The translations under genes and the position numbers were made by a program. A stretch of 63,322 bases of DNA, the filler included, from Aduncisulcus paluster (Eukaryota), in the NCBI GenBank assembly GCA_024181965.1. It is 31 parts of 31 records of this genome, joined end to end, with 100 filler letters (N's around TTAATTAATTAA, not from the genome) between each part and the next. Parts side by side here need not be neighbours in the genome. Positions count along the whole stretch, not along the records: positions 35,661 to 38,198 come from BQXS01012097.1; positions 38,299 to 39,803 come from BQXS01012098.1; positions 39,904 to 41,295 come from BQXS01012099.1; positions 41,396 to 42,842 come from BQXS01012100.1; positions 42,943 to 44,406 come from BQXS01012101.1; positions 44,507 to 46,187 come from BQXS01012102.1; positions 46,288 to 48,050 come from BQXS01012103.1; 24 more parts are not named here. One strand, given 5' to 3'. Each line of letters opens with the position of its first letter. Positions within the stretch are counted from its first letter, which is position 1. Shown here one piece after another: positions 35,896 to 48,150 of this stretch. Under the pieces are notes generated by a model. It worked only from the letters and a program-made list of their open reading frames with translations. It had not been told where the DNA came from and searched no databases.

Positions 35896-36360
35896 ATATA
35901 TTTATTCATTTTCCCTATACGGCTGTACTATACTTCCTATACTACACTATACTGTGGTATAATAATGCCTATTTTAGTGCCATTATTTATACATGAGATT
36001 ATTTTATTATTATTTATCCGTTTCTATGGTAAGATTTATACAGCATTATATTTTAGTAAATTGTATCACCGGCACTTTGCCAATCTACGATATCACAATA
36101 TACCATTCTCTCCTCTATACTATCTTCTCCTCTATACTATCTTCTCCAGTTTCTTTATGGGTATACCACTTTCAACTGTATTGGTGATCCCTCAGGGACA
36201 GGCTGTCCACGTTCATCTGATCCCTTGTACACTCTTCTCACTCCCAGCAGCAACAAGGGCAAGTCAACTAACATGGTAGTTGATCACCAGTGGTGGAAGA
36301 GGAAGGATACAGAAGTTATGGGTACTCTCTCATGTATGTTCTCTGAAGCCACATCCATGT

Positions 36361-37281
36361 TACTGCAAGGTTGCTCACATCTATAACACTGCCATGAATG
36401 GAGATTTCTATAAGGCACGTCGTATGCTTCTCCAAACACGTATCCAGGACACCATTGCATCAGCTCCACATCTTATCCAAGCTCTCTTGAACCATGTCAT
36501 TGTGCAGATCGCCTTTGCTGCCTTTAGAAAAGGACTGTTCTCTGAGGTCCAGCGTTCATGTCTCAATGAGCTCTGCTTTGGAACATCTCGTGCTCTCCGT
36601 GTGAATCTTGGACAGCAACGTGGGAACAAGAACGAAGAAGAGGAAGGATACAGAAGTTATGGGTACATTCCATTGCATTTACGAATCAACGAGAACCTTG
36701 TCGACACTGTGTTCACTCTCTCATGTATGTTCTCTGAAGCCACATCCATTGCAAATGCCTATATCCAGGGACCTATCGATGAGTTGATGTATGCACAACG
36801 TCCTGTCCAAAGAATTATCCAACGGGTCGAGCGTTGTGCTGTCCAGGCTACTGAGGTTGACGGTGATTGTATTGGATCTGCTCTGGGTCTGCTTCTTGAA
36901 GGGAAATGGAAGAAGGCTGTGAACACTGCCATGTTCTTTGGTGGGTGGAATGAGATGCCTAACAATGGGTGGATCGATGGATGCTCTTCCCTGCGTGAAT
37001 TGTTGACATATGGGTTCAAGATCTCTGCTCTTCAGATCTTTATTGTCACAAGAATGCACCAGTACACTTCATTCAAACTCTCCAGTCTCTGTGTGGAGTT
37101 TGACCTTTCAGAGGACGAGGTGAGGAGAAAGATCAATCAGATGCTCATGATTCATAAAGTAAGGGGTTCTTGGGATGAGAATGTCTTTATTTTATGCAAA
37201 CCTAGCTCAACCATTAAGGAATCTTCAAAGAATCTCCTTATAAAACTTGCTAAGGAATCTAAAACTGTCGTTAAGAAGTGA
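36361..37281 (+). pseudogene. EIF3C: eIF3c C-terminal (PCI) half with rearranged 5' junction
   Basis: AHIYNTAMNGDFYKARRMLL...QALLNHVIVQIAFAAFRKG, PLHLRINENL, YTSFKLSSL..EFDLSEDEV...INQM. Confidence 0.85.
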
Positions 37282-37593
37282 CGACTATGAGTGGAAAATG
37301 CATGGATTGGAAATGAATTCACGGATTACTTTTGAAAGCCTAGAACATATGAAGAGTCCTCTTCATATCATATGGGAACAGTCTTCAGAAGACTCGATGA
37401 GTAAACTATTATTTTTTCCAATTTCAAACCCGAGTCAAGTTGCAACTCGACGAGTTGAGAATCTCGAGATTTCGATGGATCATATTATATTACATGTAAA
37501 AGTTGTACATGAAATCCACCAAATACCAATCCAAAAACACAATTTTATTAAAAGTAAATCAAGCTCAATTCCAAGCTTTGAGCAAGTTAAATG

Positions 37594-37672
37594 TGTTAAT
37601 CGTGAATAAAACTTTATAAAAATTATCCACGGGTCGACAAATTTATTAAATCAAATCAAATCAATCCCAACA
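37594..37672 (-). repeat. Candidate 79-bp 3' LTR
   Basis: TGTT...AACA termini after PPT-like AAGGGGGCGA (37673-37682), 145 bp downstream of an integrase stop; AATAAATTTG core. Confidence 0.7.
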
Positions 37673-37816
37673 TCGCCCCCTTAGTCCAATTACAGGCAGG
37701 ACTAAAGGAACTGGGATCTGATGCATTGTTGTTTCGGGTAAGCTCAGTGAACAACTAGCTTTACATGATCATAATTAAAGTTCATACTACTGATCATAAT
37801 AGAATATAAAACAGAA

Positions 37817-38198
37817 CTAATCATCCTTTCGTGCTAAAAAGTCCCTAAAGGCCAGCGAATTCTCAACCTCTTTCTTCTTGACACAACTCGTTTTTCCTTC
37901 CGGAAAACCATACCAGACCACTTCATACTTCTCATTCCTTCCGCGACCAATTCTCCTGTTGATCTTTTTTGGAAGTCGTTTGCCCATATCCTGAACTAAA
38001 CTGTTCATCGCCTTATCCAGATCAATATCCTTACCAAGTACCTTAATATCATCCACATGGATGTATCTCCTCGCCCCCAAAAGACTTTCGATACAATATT
38101 CTACATCTGAAGTCTTTTCCACGATTTTATAGGGGCCTTCCCATGGGAATTGCATTTTCTTTGGTTCAGGGTAACGCTTGATCATAATAAACGTACCA
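37817..38198 (-). mobile_element. Ty3/gypsy integrase C-terminus with degenerate chromodomain
   Basis: WEGPYKI, IHVDDIK, KYEVVWYGF. Confidence 0.9.
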
Positions 38199-38298
38199 NN
38201 NNNNNNNNNNNNNNNNNNNNNNNNNNNNNNNNNNNNNNNNNNTTAATTAATTAANNNNNNNNNNNNNNNNNNNNNNNNNNNNNNNNNNNNNNNNNNNN

Positions 38299-39803
38299 GT
38301 GTCAAAGAGGGCATTTTCATCAGCGTCGAACAAGAGTTCAGCAGCACGGGAGAGGAGGCCAATCATATCTTCAGATGAAGAAGTTCCGACGTAAGTAGAG
38401 GCATTCTTGATACCAGAAGCACCGACATCGGCAACTTCTTGTTCAGAGAGATCATCAGTATCATCAGCAACATCCATGACGGAAGTAATGTTGGTGACAT
38501 CAGACTCGGCAGCGTTGGTCATCATAGTGGTGAGCTTAGTCTTCTTCTCTTCAGCAGTTCCAGTCAAATCAGTCACAGTGAGAGTGAGAGTGTCAGGAAG
38601 AGCCTGCTCAGTGGAGAGGACTTCACTGCCATAGGCAACAACAGAGAAGGTGTAAGTACCCTTAGAGAGCTGGAGGATAGCGTTGGGAGAAGTGGATCTA
38701 CCGACAGCCTTCTTCTTGTCATTGGCATCAATGGAGAAGAAACGGTAATACTGGACCTCAGTGGTAGGAGGATTGACACAGTTGATGACAACAGTGGAAC
38801 CAGCTTCAACAGAATCGCTACCGAGAGTGCAAGAGAAGTCATCAGGGAAAACAGGGGCCACCGAAGCAGTGACAGTGAGCTGAGTAGACACCTCAGTCCC
38901 ACCAGTAGTCTTACAAACAAGCTTGACTTCATGCTCCTCTTTGGTCACCTCGAAGGAGAACATGTTGTTGGTGACAGTGGCAGTGGATTTGACATCGTCA
39001 AGATACCAAACACATTCAGACAATTTGGTGGTAGTTCCCTTAATTCTAGCATCCTGACCAATGGTAGGAGCATAAGAGTTCAAGAGCTTAAGGGAAATGT
39101 CAAAAGCCTCGTCAATAACAGTGACAGCGATTGTTCTACGAACACTAGTAGAGTATCCGTTCTTCAAGAGATCCACGTAAACCATACGATCAGTGGCGGT
39201 GGAAGAGATCTTGGAGAGGTCGAAAGAACCAGTGGACTGAACAGAACCAGAAGTGAACCTAACAGAGTAGGCCTTCTTGTCATCAGAGGTGGCACAGACA
39301 GGGAAGTCAAGGCTAGACTTGATGGTACCACTCTTGTTAACCTTGATGGACATGGAGGACACGTCAGGGTCAAGGGTCAAGGTGGGGTGAGGCAAGGCCT
39401 TGAGGGTGAATGAAGCACTTGTGCAAATACCGTAGAGACACACAGAGACAGAGTTGTCACCAACAGAGAGGTAGTTGTCAATCAAGATATTGGCGGCGGT
39501 GGAGGAGTATTCCTTACCGTTGATGGTGACCTTAAAGGTAGGAGGACGGCTAGCGAGACCAGTGATGGTGCTCTTGTCAATGAAGATCTTGTGAACGTCA
39601 CAGTAGTTAGCAGAAGTACCAATTGTGATAGAATCTTCGGGGATGGCAACATCAGGGATAGAGGGAAAAGCAACTTCAACACCAGCCCAGGTGATGGGGA
39701 AGACGGTGGAAGCTTGGGTCTGATCATCACCATTGGCGAAGTAGATGGGAACAGAATTCTTGAATCCAATAGAGACGGAGGTATTGAAACTGTAGTCAGT
39801 ACC
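38299..39803 (-). CDS. Large T/S/V-rich surface protein with PKD/REJ-like modules followed by a helical region (internal fragment)
   Basis: Frame open across the whole contig, strong codon bias; CVWYLD, YYRFFS...LQLSKGTYTFSVVAY. Confidence 0.6.
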
Positions 39804-39903
39804 NNNNNNNNNNNNNNNNNNNNNNNNNNNNNNNNNNNNNNNNNNNNTTAATTAATTAANNNNNNNNNNNNNNNNNNNNNNNNNNNNNNNNNNNNNNNNN
39901 NNN

Positions 39904-41295
39904 CCATTGAACGATTATCGATGTTGCCGTGGTTATAGCTGATCATTCATATCATCGTTTCCACAAGGATTGAATACAACTTCTTTCCTGATAACAATCA
40001 TATTGTATGAACCATCACTTCCTGTCATGTCTTGAGATATGATGGATACCATGTGTATATTGTCACTTTCATGTTTATATCGCTGTATTGTCAATAATGT
40101 CAATAATGTCTTAGTACGCCTTATTTGGAGAACAAATATGTTTACAAAATAAATGATTTATTATTACGTCTATATATTAATAATGATAAGAAACATCGAT
40201 TTTGGATATTATTGTTCTGTTCCAAGACAATTGTAAAAACGTGTTTTTCCTTGCAATTGGAAGGTTATTAGTGTTTATTATTTTATTTAATTTGATATTG
40301 GATAATCCATAGTTGTACTATTGTTTGAGATGAGAATTATTGGCAAATGTATTGTAGATATTGGAACTGATTGGGAATCTGACGAACCGTACAAAGGCCC
40401 CTACCCTGTTGGCCATCCAGATCTATCTGAAATTGACGAATCTAAAGCATATGGGGATTATCATAGAGGTCATAATCATTTTGATTTATTGCAATTCTTA
40501 AGAGGTGAAAGAGCAATCCTTTTCAATCCCAATTTACATCTCCCATTTATTGCACCATGTTATCTCAGTAAGTTTGTTATTAGTCATCATAATTGGCCAT
40601 ATGGAATCAAAGATTTCGATGCCACATTCACAACATCAGATGGAAAGAAGATTACAAAAGAATATCAAATGGGGGAGATGCCTCCAAGGCATTATTTCTG
40701 GCAAGAGTTTCCTATAGATCTTGATAATGTTATTTCTTGTGATATTCATGTTATATCAACGCTGGATGGAAAACAGTATTGTATTTATTTGTATGGCATT
40801 CGATTCGTGATTGACAAAGAACAAGAGAAAATGAAAGCCGCCAAAGAGCTTGTCAGAGCTGAACTTGCAACAATTGAACGATTATCGATGCTTCCATGGT
40901 TATAGCTGATCCTTCATGTCATCGTTTCCACAAGGATCGAATACAACTTCTTTCCTGATAACAATAATATTGTATGAACCATTACTTCCTGTCATGTCTT
41001 GAGATATGATGGATACCATGTGTATATTGTCACTTTCATGTTTATATCGCTGTATTGTCAATAATGTCAACAATGTCTGAGTACGCCTTATTTGGAGAAC
41101 AAATGTGTTTACAAAATAAATAATTTATTATCATGTATGCATATTAATAATGATAAGAAACATCGATTTTGGATATTATTGTTCTATTCCAAGACAATTG
41201 TAAAAATGTGCTTTTCCTTGCAATTGGGGAGGTTATTGGTGTTTATTATTCTACTTAATTTGATATTGGATAATCCATAGTTGTGTTATTGTTTG
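39904..41295 (+). repeat. Tandem gene array, unit ~967 bp
   Basis: 39906-40325 repeats at 40873-41295; contig begins with the end of one copy and ends just before the next. Confidence 0.9.
40330..40905 (+). CDS. Array protein (191 aa), probable galactose-binding-like/discoidin jelly-roll
   Basis: Complete ORF; GIKDF..TF, SCDIHVIS..DG...IRF pattern; fold is inferred. Confidence 0.8.
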   Translation: MRIIGKCIVDIGTDWESDEPYKGPYPVGHPDLSEIDESKAYGDYHRGHNHFDLLQFLRGERAILFNPNLHLPFIAPCYLSKFVISHHNWPYGIKDFDATFTTSDGKKITKEYQMGEMPPRHYFWQEFPIDLDNVISCDIHVISTLDGKQYCIYLYGIRFVIDKEQEKMKAAKELVRAELATIERLSMLPWL

Positions 41296-41712
41296 NNNNN
41301 NNNNNNNNNNNNNNNNNNNNNNNNNNNNNNNNNNNNNNNTTAATTAATTAANNNNNNNNNNNNNNNNNNNNNNNNNNNNNNNNNNNNNNNNNNNNAATAG
41401 GAAGAGGATCTAGGAACTTAAATACGACAATGTAGCAGAACTGTCTCAGTGATGATTTTACTTGTTCAACTGAGGATTCAAATGAGAATAAATACAGTTT
41501 TCAATCCTTTCATTTCATTTTCGTTTCATTTTCATACCATTTCTGAAATGGCCATTTCACCAACCCTCACTCATTCATTCAAGCACATTGGACTCAACAA
41601 TCTCACATGAACTCAATGCAAGGAATCACAACAATACAACCCATTTTTTGACAGGTATCAAACCTAAAAACGCTCAAATATCAAAAACAAAGAGAAATGG
41701 AAAAGTACATTT

Positions 41713-41737
41713 CTAAAAATAGATTTTCTAAAAATAG
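41713..41737 (+). promoter_or_regulatory. Tandem MEF2-like box dimer
   Basis: (TTTCTAAAAATAGAT)x2, ~140 bp 3' of the kinase stop. Confidence 0.6.
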
Positions 41738-41878
41738 ATTTGCACTTTCAAAATCACATCAATTGAGTTCAATTATAGCTTTTGGAGTCAAGAAATAGGC
41801 TAAAATGAGGATATATATAAAGTATATATAAATGTAAATATATATAAATGTAAATTAAAAAGGTATTTTTCTATTTTT

Positions 41879-42842
41879 CTACTTTGATAGGTAAGAAGTT
41901 GATTGCGAATTCGAAAAATCTTGAACTCCATCGTCAACATGAGTTTTTCTAATATATGGGGATTTTCTCCTGGTAACCTTATGTTTTGAGATGATATCTT
42001 CGATGCTTGGGTATTTCCATCCACTTCCAATAGTAGGAAGGAGAGATTTGATACCCTGGACTCTCAATCTTGCATCATGAACCCCCATACGATCCTTTCT
42101 ATCGATCTGGGTGAGTCCTTTGAATACTTCATCGAGGCAATAATAAACAGATTCATATTTCCCATCTTCTACGGATAATAGCGACTCGAATAAAGGCGAG
42201 ATATTGATCGGTGGAACAATATCGTGAGAGAGTAAATCAATCAAGCTAGAAAGGAATTCGAAAGAATTTGGATCTTTCCCACGTAAATAGGGATTTCTTG
42301 ATAATGGATTTTCCCCAAAAAACATCGCAAGAATAGACAATCCAAGTGAATATCCATCGCTACGCTGATCTTGAACACAATATTTCAAGGTTTCATATGA
42401 ATTGTAAATAAGAGTTCCGCATATAGAACGCTCATGTTCTGTCTTTTTGACTTTCTTCGATGAAACCAAGATCTTTGAGGTTGATGAAGATCGCGAGTCT
42501 AAAATTTCAGTCAATCCAAGATCTCCAAGAATAATGGTGCATTCTCCATCCTTAGGATCAACACGAACAAGAAAGTTTTCAGGTTTAATGTCTCGATGAA
42601 CAATACCTTTTTTTACCAAAAAAACATCATCAAGACATTCGATCATCCCGACACATAAAGCACTCACTTTCAAAGGGTTCAAAGACATGATGTCAAAATA
42701 ATCAAAACGGTCGCTTTGAGGGTCTAGTACACCATCCTTGTCCTCTTTACACCAAGTCTTGGCAAAGTCACTCACACTGCCTCCAACACAAAACTCCATC
42801 AAAAACCCATACGTACCGTCAAAGTTATCATCAAGAAGATCC
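41879..42842 (-). CDS. Divergent Ser/Thr protein kinase (5'-partial)
   Basis: MEFCVGGS, HRDIKPEN, DLG for DFG, CGTLIYNSYE for APE, SDGYSLG. Confidence 0.93.
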
Positions 42843-42942
42843 NNNNNNNNNNNNNNNNNNNNNNNNNNNNNNNNNNNNNNNNNNNNTTAATTAATTAANN
42901 NNNNNNNNNNNNNNNNNNNNNNNNNNNNNNNNNNNNNNNNNN

Positions 42943-44330
42943 TTCACATCAGACATTAACTGATTTAAACATGAAATAGTGGCAGCATGTGCATCGCTCT
43001 CATCAACAAGAGTTATTTCTACCCATGCTTCACTCTTATTTCGTAAGTCAATCGGTATGTTTCCCAAGGTTATTTTTAAAGATAGGACAGTATGTCCCAG
43101 TCTGGCTGTTGCAATGCCGTCCATATAACAAATAACTGGTACTATAATGATGGGTTCAATTCCTCGAGTCTCAGACAGTGAACAAAATAGCCTCAAAGTT
43201 TCGCAAGGAGGCAAATCTATAGTTCTTGTTATGTTCAATTTGGTACGTATGAGATCAACCATCTTGCGATGTCTTTGAAAGCATACAGGTTCATCATCCC
43301 ATCTTTCAACATCAATACGTTGGAATGGAGAGAAATGTGTCATCTTTGAAAAGTAACGATGCAAGAGCATAGGGATAGCATATCGGTTTATATCATACCA
43401 GTAATAGGTAAAATCTTGATCTTTTACAAGCTGACCAGATCTTGAATATAGTTCTACATCATCCTTTACGAGCCTAGTATACGATGCAATGAACAATTCC
43501 TGGATTGTATCAAGCTCTCGTTTTGATAACATTCCCGTTACCGATAACAACGCCGAAGCCTTCAGTTCGGAATACATCTCGGTATATAATGTTTCGGATA
43601 TTTCTCGCTTTAAATATTTTCTGGCTAGTAGCCGACCAAATCCGGTCATCCCGTCAAATAAATGGCTGAAAAGATTTTTCCACTTAAATAAATAGGGAAA
43701 CGTTGCAATAATAAAATCGGGCATTGCTTCGGAAGCATGACGGGAATCTCGACTTTCAAGAATAGCCACGTCATCATCATAAATCTCAGCTTCTTCAGCC
43801 TGCATCTGAGATGGAGAATCTCTTGTGCGTGTTGTCATATCTGATTCTGAGGAGGGAACACAGAACATATCGTCAAAGGCTTGAGGATCGCCATCATCAT
43901 ACAAAAATTCCTCTTCGTCGGCTTCTTCCAAGTATTCAAGGGTAATGTTGTCCAATATGTGGGTTGAAATAACTTCTTCTTCGATCGGTTGAATAAGCAT
44001 AATTCTCTTCTCGATAAGAGGATACATCCTATATTTACATTCCCATAGGATATCCTGGAAAGTATCAAGAGTGCCATGTTCAATCAGTATAGATGGACTA
44101 CAACAACCGCATATAAAATCGGATGGCTTGTTGAATCTTTTATATGCGGATTTATGGAGGTTGCCAAGCGAACATCTACAATTTTGGCATAGTATGCGTA
44201 TCTTTTCTTTCTCAAGTTCAGTGCGTGATAGGGAAATGTATCTATGACTTCTCGTGAAGTTTAGAACAGTACCATGAGAATATTTTGCTAAATAGTTCAT
44301 CAATTCAATAAATATTTTTAAGGATGGCAT
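42943..44330 (-). mobile_element. Plavaka/CACTA (CMC)-type transposase, N-terminal part, open frame
   Basis: CQNC...CGCC zinc motif; IIVPVICYMDG...LKITLGNIPIDLRNK..AW is the first catalytic-D block of this group. Confidence 0.75.
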
Positions 44331-44506
44331 GGATGCAGAGCTGGCCGTCTAGAATTCGATGGAATGGTGGTCGCACCTCATATCACTGAGAGAGACGAGC
44401 TCTGACNNNNNNNNNNNNNNNNNNNNNNNNNNNNNNNNNNNNNNNNNNNNTTAATTAATTAANNNNNNNNNNNNNNNNNNNNNNNNNNNNNNNNNNNNNN
44501 NNNNNN

Positions 44507-46187
44507 GCGAGTGGCGTGAGATAGCAAACTTGTCACACACGGGAGAAGCTTCGTTCAACAAGGAAAGTTGACACAAGTGATCGAGAGATTTGCACATTTC
44601 AGCGATGCGCTTGGAAGCAGTCGCTTTAGCCAAACGTTTCTTCCTGAGAGCAATCTTTTTCTTTTGTTCAGCAACACTCTTCTTCTTGTGGCACACAACA
44701 CGTTTCCTCGCAATGTGGGAAGAATTAGGACGGACCAAGAATGATTTGAGGGCAACACACCAGTCAGGGTGGATGTCGAACAAATGACATGAGGCAAGTT
44801 CACTCACAGTGGTGTTCTTCGAGAAATAGTTCCTCATCATCCGCAAGCGTTGGTCATCCAGAGAGACATTGTTCTTGGGTTTCAATATAAAGGTCTGATT
44901 ATGCGAAGCAAGACCATTGGAAGAGAATACGACACAAACATTGTTAAGGTTCAGTTTGGAAGAATCAATGGAACCACTTCTAGTATTCAACAATATGGCT
45001 CCATCTTTCATCACAAGAACTTCCTTACGTTTGAACAACAGACGTTCCAAATCATCCCTGAAACGAATATAATGTTGGTAGATGGTTAAAGGCTTTGTTG
45101 GCGTTGTTGAGGATGTTGACTCCTTTTTGGTGTCATCATCACCATCACTATCACCATCACCTTCCTCCTCTTCATCATCATGAGGACAACTGTCTCCAAA
45201 ATCTCTGTCAGAATCGAATGAATCACACTCTTCCTCATCACATTCTTCATCCTCATCACATTCTTCATCCTCCTCACCGCCATATATCTCTTGATCTTCT
45301 TCATTCCAGGATGCGTCATCAGATTCATCATCAATACCTCCAAACATATCGTCTGCATTGTTCTGTACATTCCATTGGGCAATTTGTTGAGGAGGTACAC
45401 GTCTCTGTTGTTGAGGGGAATAGCTTCGTCTCCCTTTACCCCGTTTACGATGCTGATTGCCTGACGAAGATGAAGAAGCCATCGTGAGCATTGGGGCCTT
45501 CCAGATCGATGTGCACGATGAAATGAGCTCGGTCAACGCAATGAATATCTTGCTCTCGTTCACTCGTTTCAACAATCTCTTCTTCATGGGCATTGGATGT
45601 ACAACATCAGATATGCCTGTGAAAGACTGTTTGCATGCATGGACGGCATGTTGGATGCAGTTCAGGGCGAACACAATGCATGACTCACGTGAATCGATGG
45701 AAGCATCACCAATGGTATCAATGATGATCGACACGAATGATTCCACAGTGTCCACATCGACAATGACACGAGCAGTGAAAGGGGAGTCATAATGGAAGAA
45801 GTAAGGAGGAGGGGCAATGACATCAATGAGATCAACACGAACATCATCAGGACATTCACAAAGAGGCTTTGCCAGAAGGGGACTGGGCACAGACGAACGT
45901 AAATGAGGGACGGGAATAAGGGCACTGTGCATATACGCTGTGGTCATGTCAACAACAAGGGAAGTTTTGTCCTTTTGAGAGGATACATGGACACCTGCCT
46001 TCTTGAGAGCAGCTGCCTGCTTATTGTAATCTTGCACGACAGACAGGGAAGTTCTTGCGCCAGAAGAACCTTTTCGATACATCTTCAGGATAGAACCATC
46101 AGAAATAGGTTTGTCATTCGAAATCAACCCATGTTTGGTTAGAATGTATTTCGAAAAGTTCTTCAGCGTGGGTTTGACAACGAATAG
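44507..46187 (-). CDS. Hypothetical protein with acidic tract (internal fragment)
   Basis: Frame open across the whole contig (560 codons). Confidence 0.75.
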
Positions 46188-46460
46188 NNNNNNNNNNNNN
46201 NNNNNNNNNNNNNNNNNNNNNNNNNNNNNNNTTAATTAATTAANNNNNNNNNNNNNNNNNNNNNNNNNNNNNNNNNNNNNNNNNNNNAGACATGGTTGAC
46301 ATTATTTACAATACAGCGATATAAACATGAAGGTGACAATATACACATGGTATCCATCATATCTCAAGACATGACAGGAGGTGATGGTTCATACAATATG
46401 ATTGTTATCAGGAAAGAAGTTGTATTCAATCCTTGTGGAAACGATGATATGAAGGATCAG

Positions 46461-47036
46461 CTATAACCAGGGAAGCATCGATAATCGTTCAATGGTGGCA
46501 AGTTCAGCTCTGACAAGCTCTTTGGCGGCTTTCATTTTCTCTTGTTCTTTGTCAATCACGAATCGAATGGCTTGCATAAAAATGTTTCTTTGTTTTCCAT
46601 TCCATGACGATATAACATGAATATCACAAGAAATAACATTATCAATATCTATAGGGAACTCTTGCCAGAAATAATGATTTGGAGGAATCTCTCCCATTTG
46701 ATATTCTTTTGTAATCTTCTTGCCATCTGATGTTGTAAATGTAACATTGAAATCTTTGATTCCATATGACCAACTATGGTTACTTACAACAAACTTACTG
46801 AGATAATGTCGTGTAATAAATGGGAGATGTAAATTGGGATAGAAACAGATGAGTATTTCACCTCTTAAGAATTTCAATAAAGTAGAATGATTATCACCAT
46901 CATGATAATCCCCATATGCTTTGGATCCATCAATTTCAGATAGATCTGGATGACCAACAGGGTAGGGGCCTTGGTACAGTTTGTCACAGTCCCAATAAGA
47001 TTCAAGATCTCCAATACATTTGCCAATAATTCTCAT
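46461..47036 (-). CDS. Array protein, second copy (191 aa)
   Basis: Colinear paralogue of 40330-40905 with the same last 34 aa and near-identical spacers. Confidence 0.85.
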   Translation of the reverse strand: MRIIGKCIGDLESYWDCDKLYQGPYPVGHPDLSEIDGSKAYGDYHDGDNHSTLLKFLRGEILICFYPNLHLPFITRHYLSKFVVSNHSWSYGIKDFNVTFTTSDGKKITKEYQMGEIPPNHYFWQEFPIDIDNVISCDIHVISSWNGKQRNIFMQAIRFVIDKEQEKMKAAKELVRAELATIERLSMLPWL

Positions 47037-47251
47037 CACAAACAATAATAACACGCAAATATCGAAATTTAATTGAAATAAAAAAAGACAATAAACACCA
47101 GTAACTACCCCAATTGCAAGGAAAAACACGTTTTTATAATTGTCTTGGAATATAACAATAATATCCAAAATCGATGTTTCTTATCATTACTAATATATAG
47201 ACGTAATAATAAATCATTTATTTTGTTAACACATTCAATGTGAACAAAGTC

Positions 47252-47323
47252 ACTTGAAACGTACTAATACTTCGTTTATAGACACCACGACCGACTTGAA
47301 ACGTACTAATACTTCGTTTATAG
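47252..47323. repeat. 30-bp direct repeat at the array boundary
   Basis: ACTTGAAACGTACTAATACTTCGTTTATAG at 47252 and 47294. Confidence 0.9.
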
Positions 47324-47941
47324 TATCATACAACCTCCGTCAGCCTCATCAGCACGGGAAGTGCTTCTCTGGAAATCAGCTTCACTCGGGCATGAAGGGA
47401 TTCCCGGGAAAGAATCAACAGCACTAAGATCACACACGAAAATAATCCCGTTGAAATGGTTTTGTGTGAGGTCACCATTCCATGTAGAAATGATCTCAAT
47501 TTTACAAGAAACAACATTCTCAAGATCGACTTGGAATTGTTGCCAAAAGTAATGTCGAGAATGACGCTTTTCCATCCGGTATTCCTTGGTTATGATCTTT
47601 TCCGCATCGCCATCCGCGACCGTGAAAAGGGCCTTGAAGTCTTTGATCCCATGTGGCCAACTGTGTTGGCTTACAAAGAACGACTCAATATATCCTGTTC
47701 TAACAAATGGAAGGAACAGTTCAGATTTGAAGTAAAAATGTCTTTTCCCCTGTAAAAACTTTTTTAATTCGGGCTTTCCTTCGCAAAATGTGGAATGATG
47801 AGGATTTACGTCCCCATAAGCTTTGCTCTCATCAATTTTAGCCACAGAAGTATCATCAGCGGGATATGGTGGTTTTCTAAAAAGATGGTCCCCGCTACAA
47901 TCGGTCCCAAGATCAACAACAGTTTTACCAATTATCGGCAT
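47318..47941 (-). CDS. Divergent paralogue of the array protein with C-terminal CaaX (CMIL)
   Basis: Shares IDESKAYGD, WPHGIKDF, HYFWQ, VSC.I.IISTWNG; ends GGCMIL. Confidence 0.85.
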   Translation of the reverse strand: MPIIGKTVVDLGTDCSGDHLFRKPPYPADDTSVAKIDESKAYGDVNPHHSTFCEGKPELKKFLQGKRHFYFKSELFLPFVRTGYIESFFVSQHSWPHGIKDFKALFTVADGDAEKIITKEYRMEKRHSRHYFWQQFQVDLENVVSCKIEIISTWNGDLTQNHFNGIIFVCDLSAVDSFPGIPSCPSEADFQRSTSRADEADGGCMIL

Positions 47942-48150
47942 TATGTATCAAGTGTATAAATATTTTGTGCAAGGAAAAAACAGAAATAGTTTCTAAACTT
48001 GCAACCATCCGAAAAATAGAAATGTGAGGGCCAATCTCAAGTTAACCTCTNNNNNNNNNNNNNNNNNNNNNNNNNNNNNNNNNNNNNNNNNNNNTTAATT
48101 AATTAANNNNNNNNNNNNNNNNNNNNNNNNNNNNNNNNNNNNNNNNNNNN

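Noticed and set aside
40330..40905. Diversity-generating retroelement behind the array variation
   Set aside because: Differences are not adenine-specific, there is no template repeat, and the RT at 48151 is a non-LTR type on another contig
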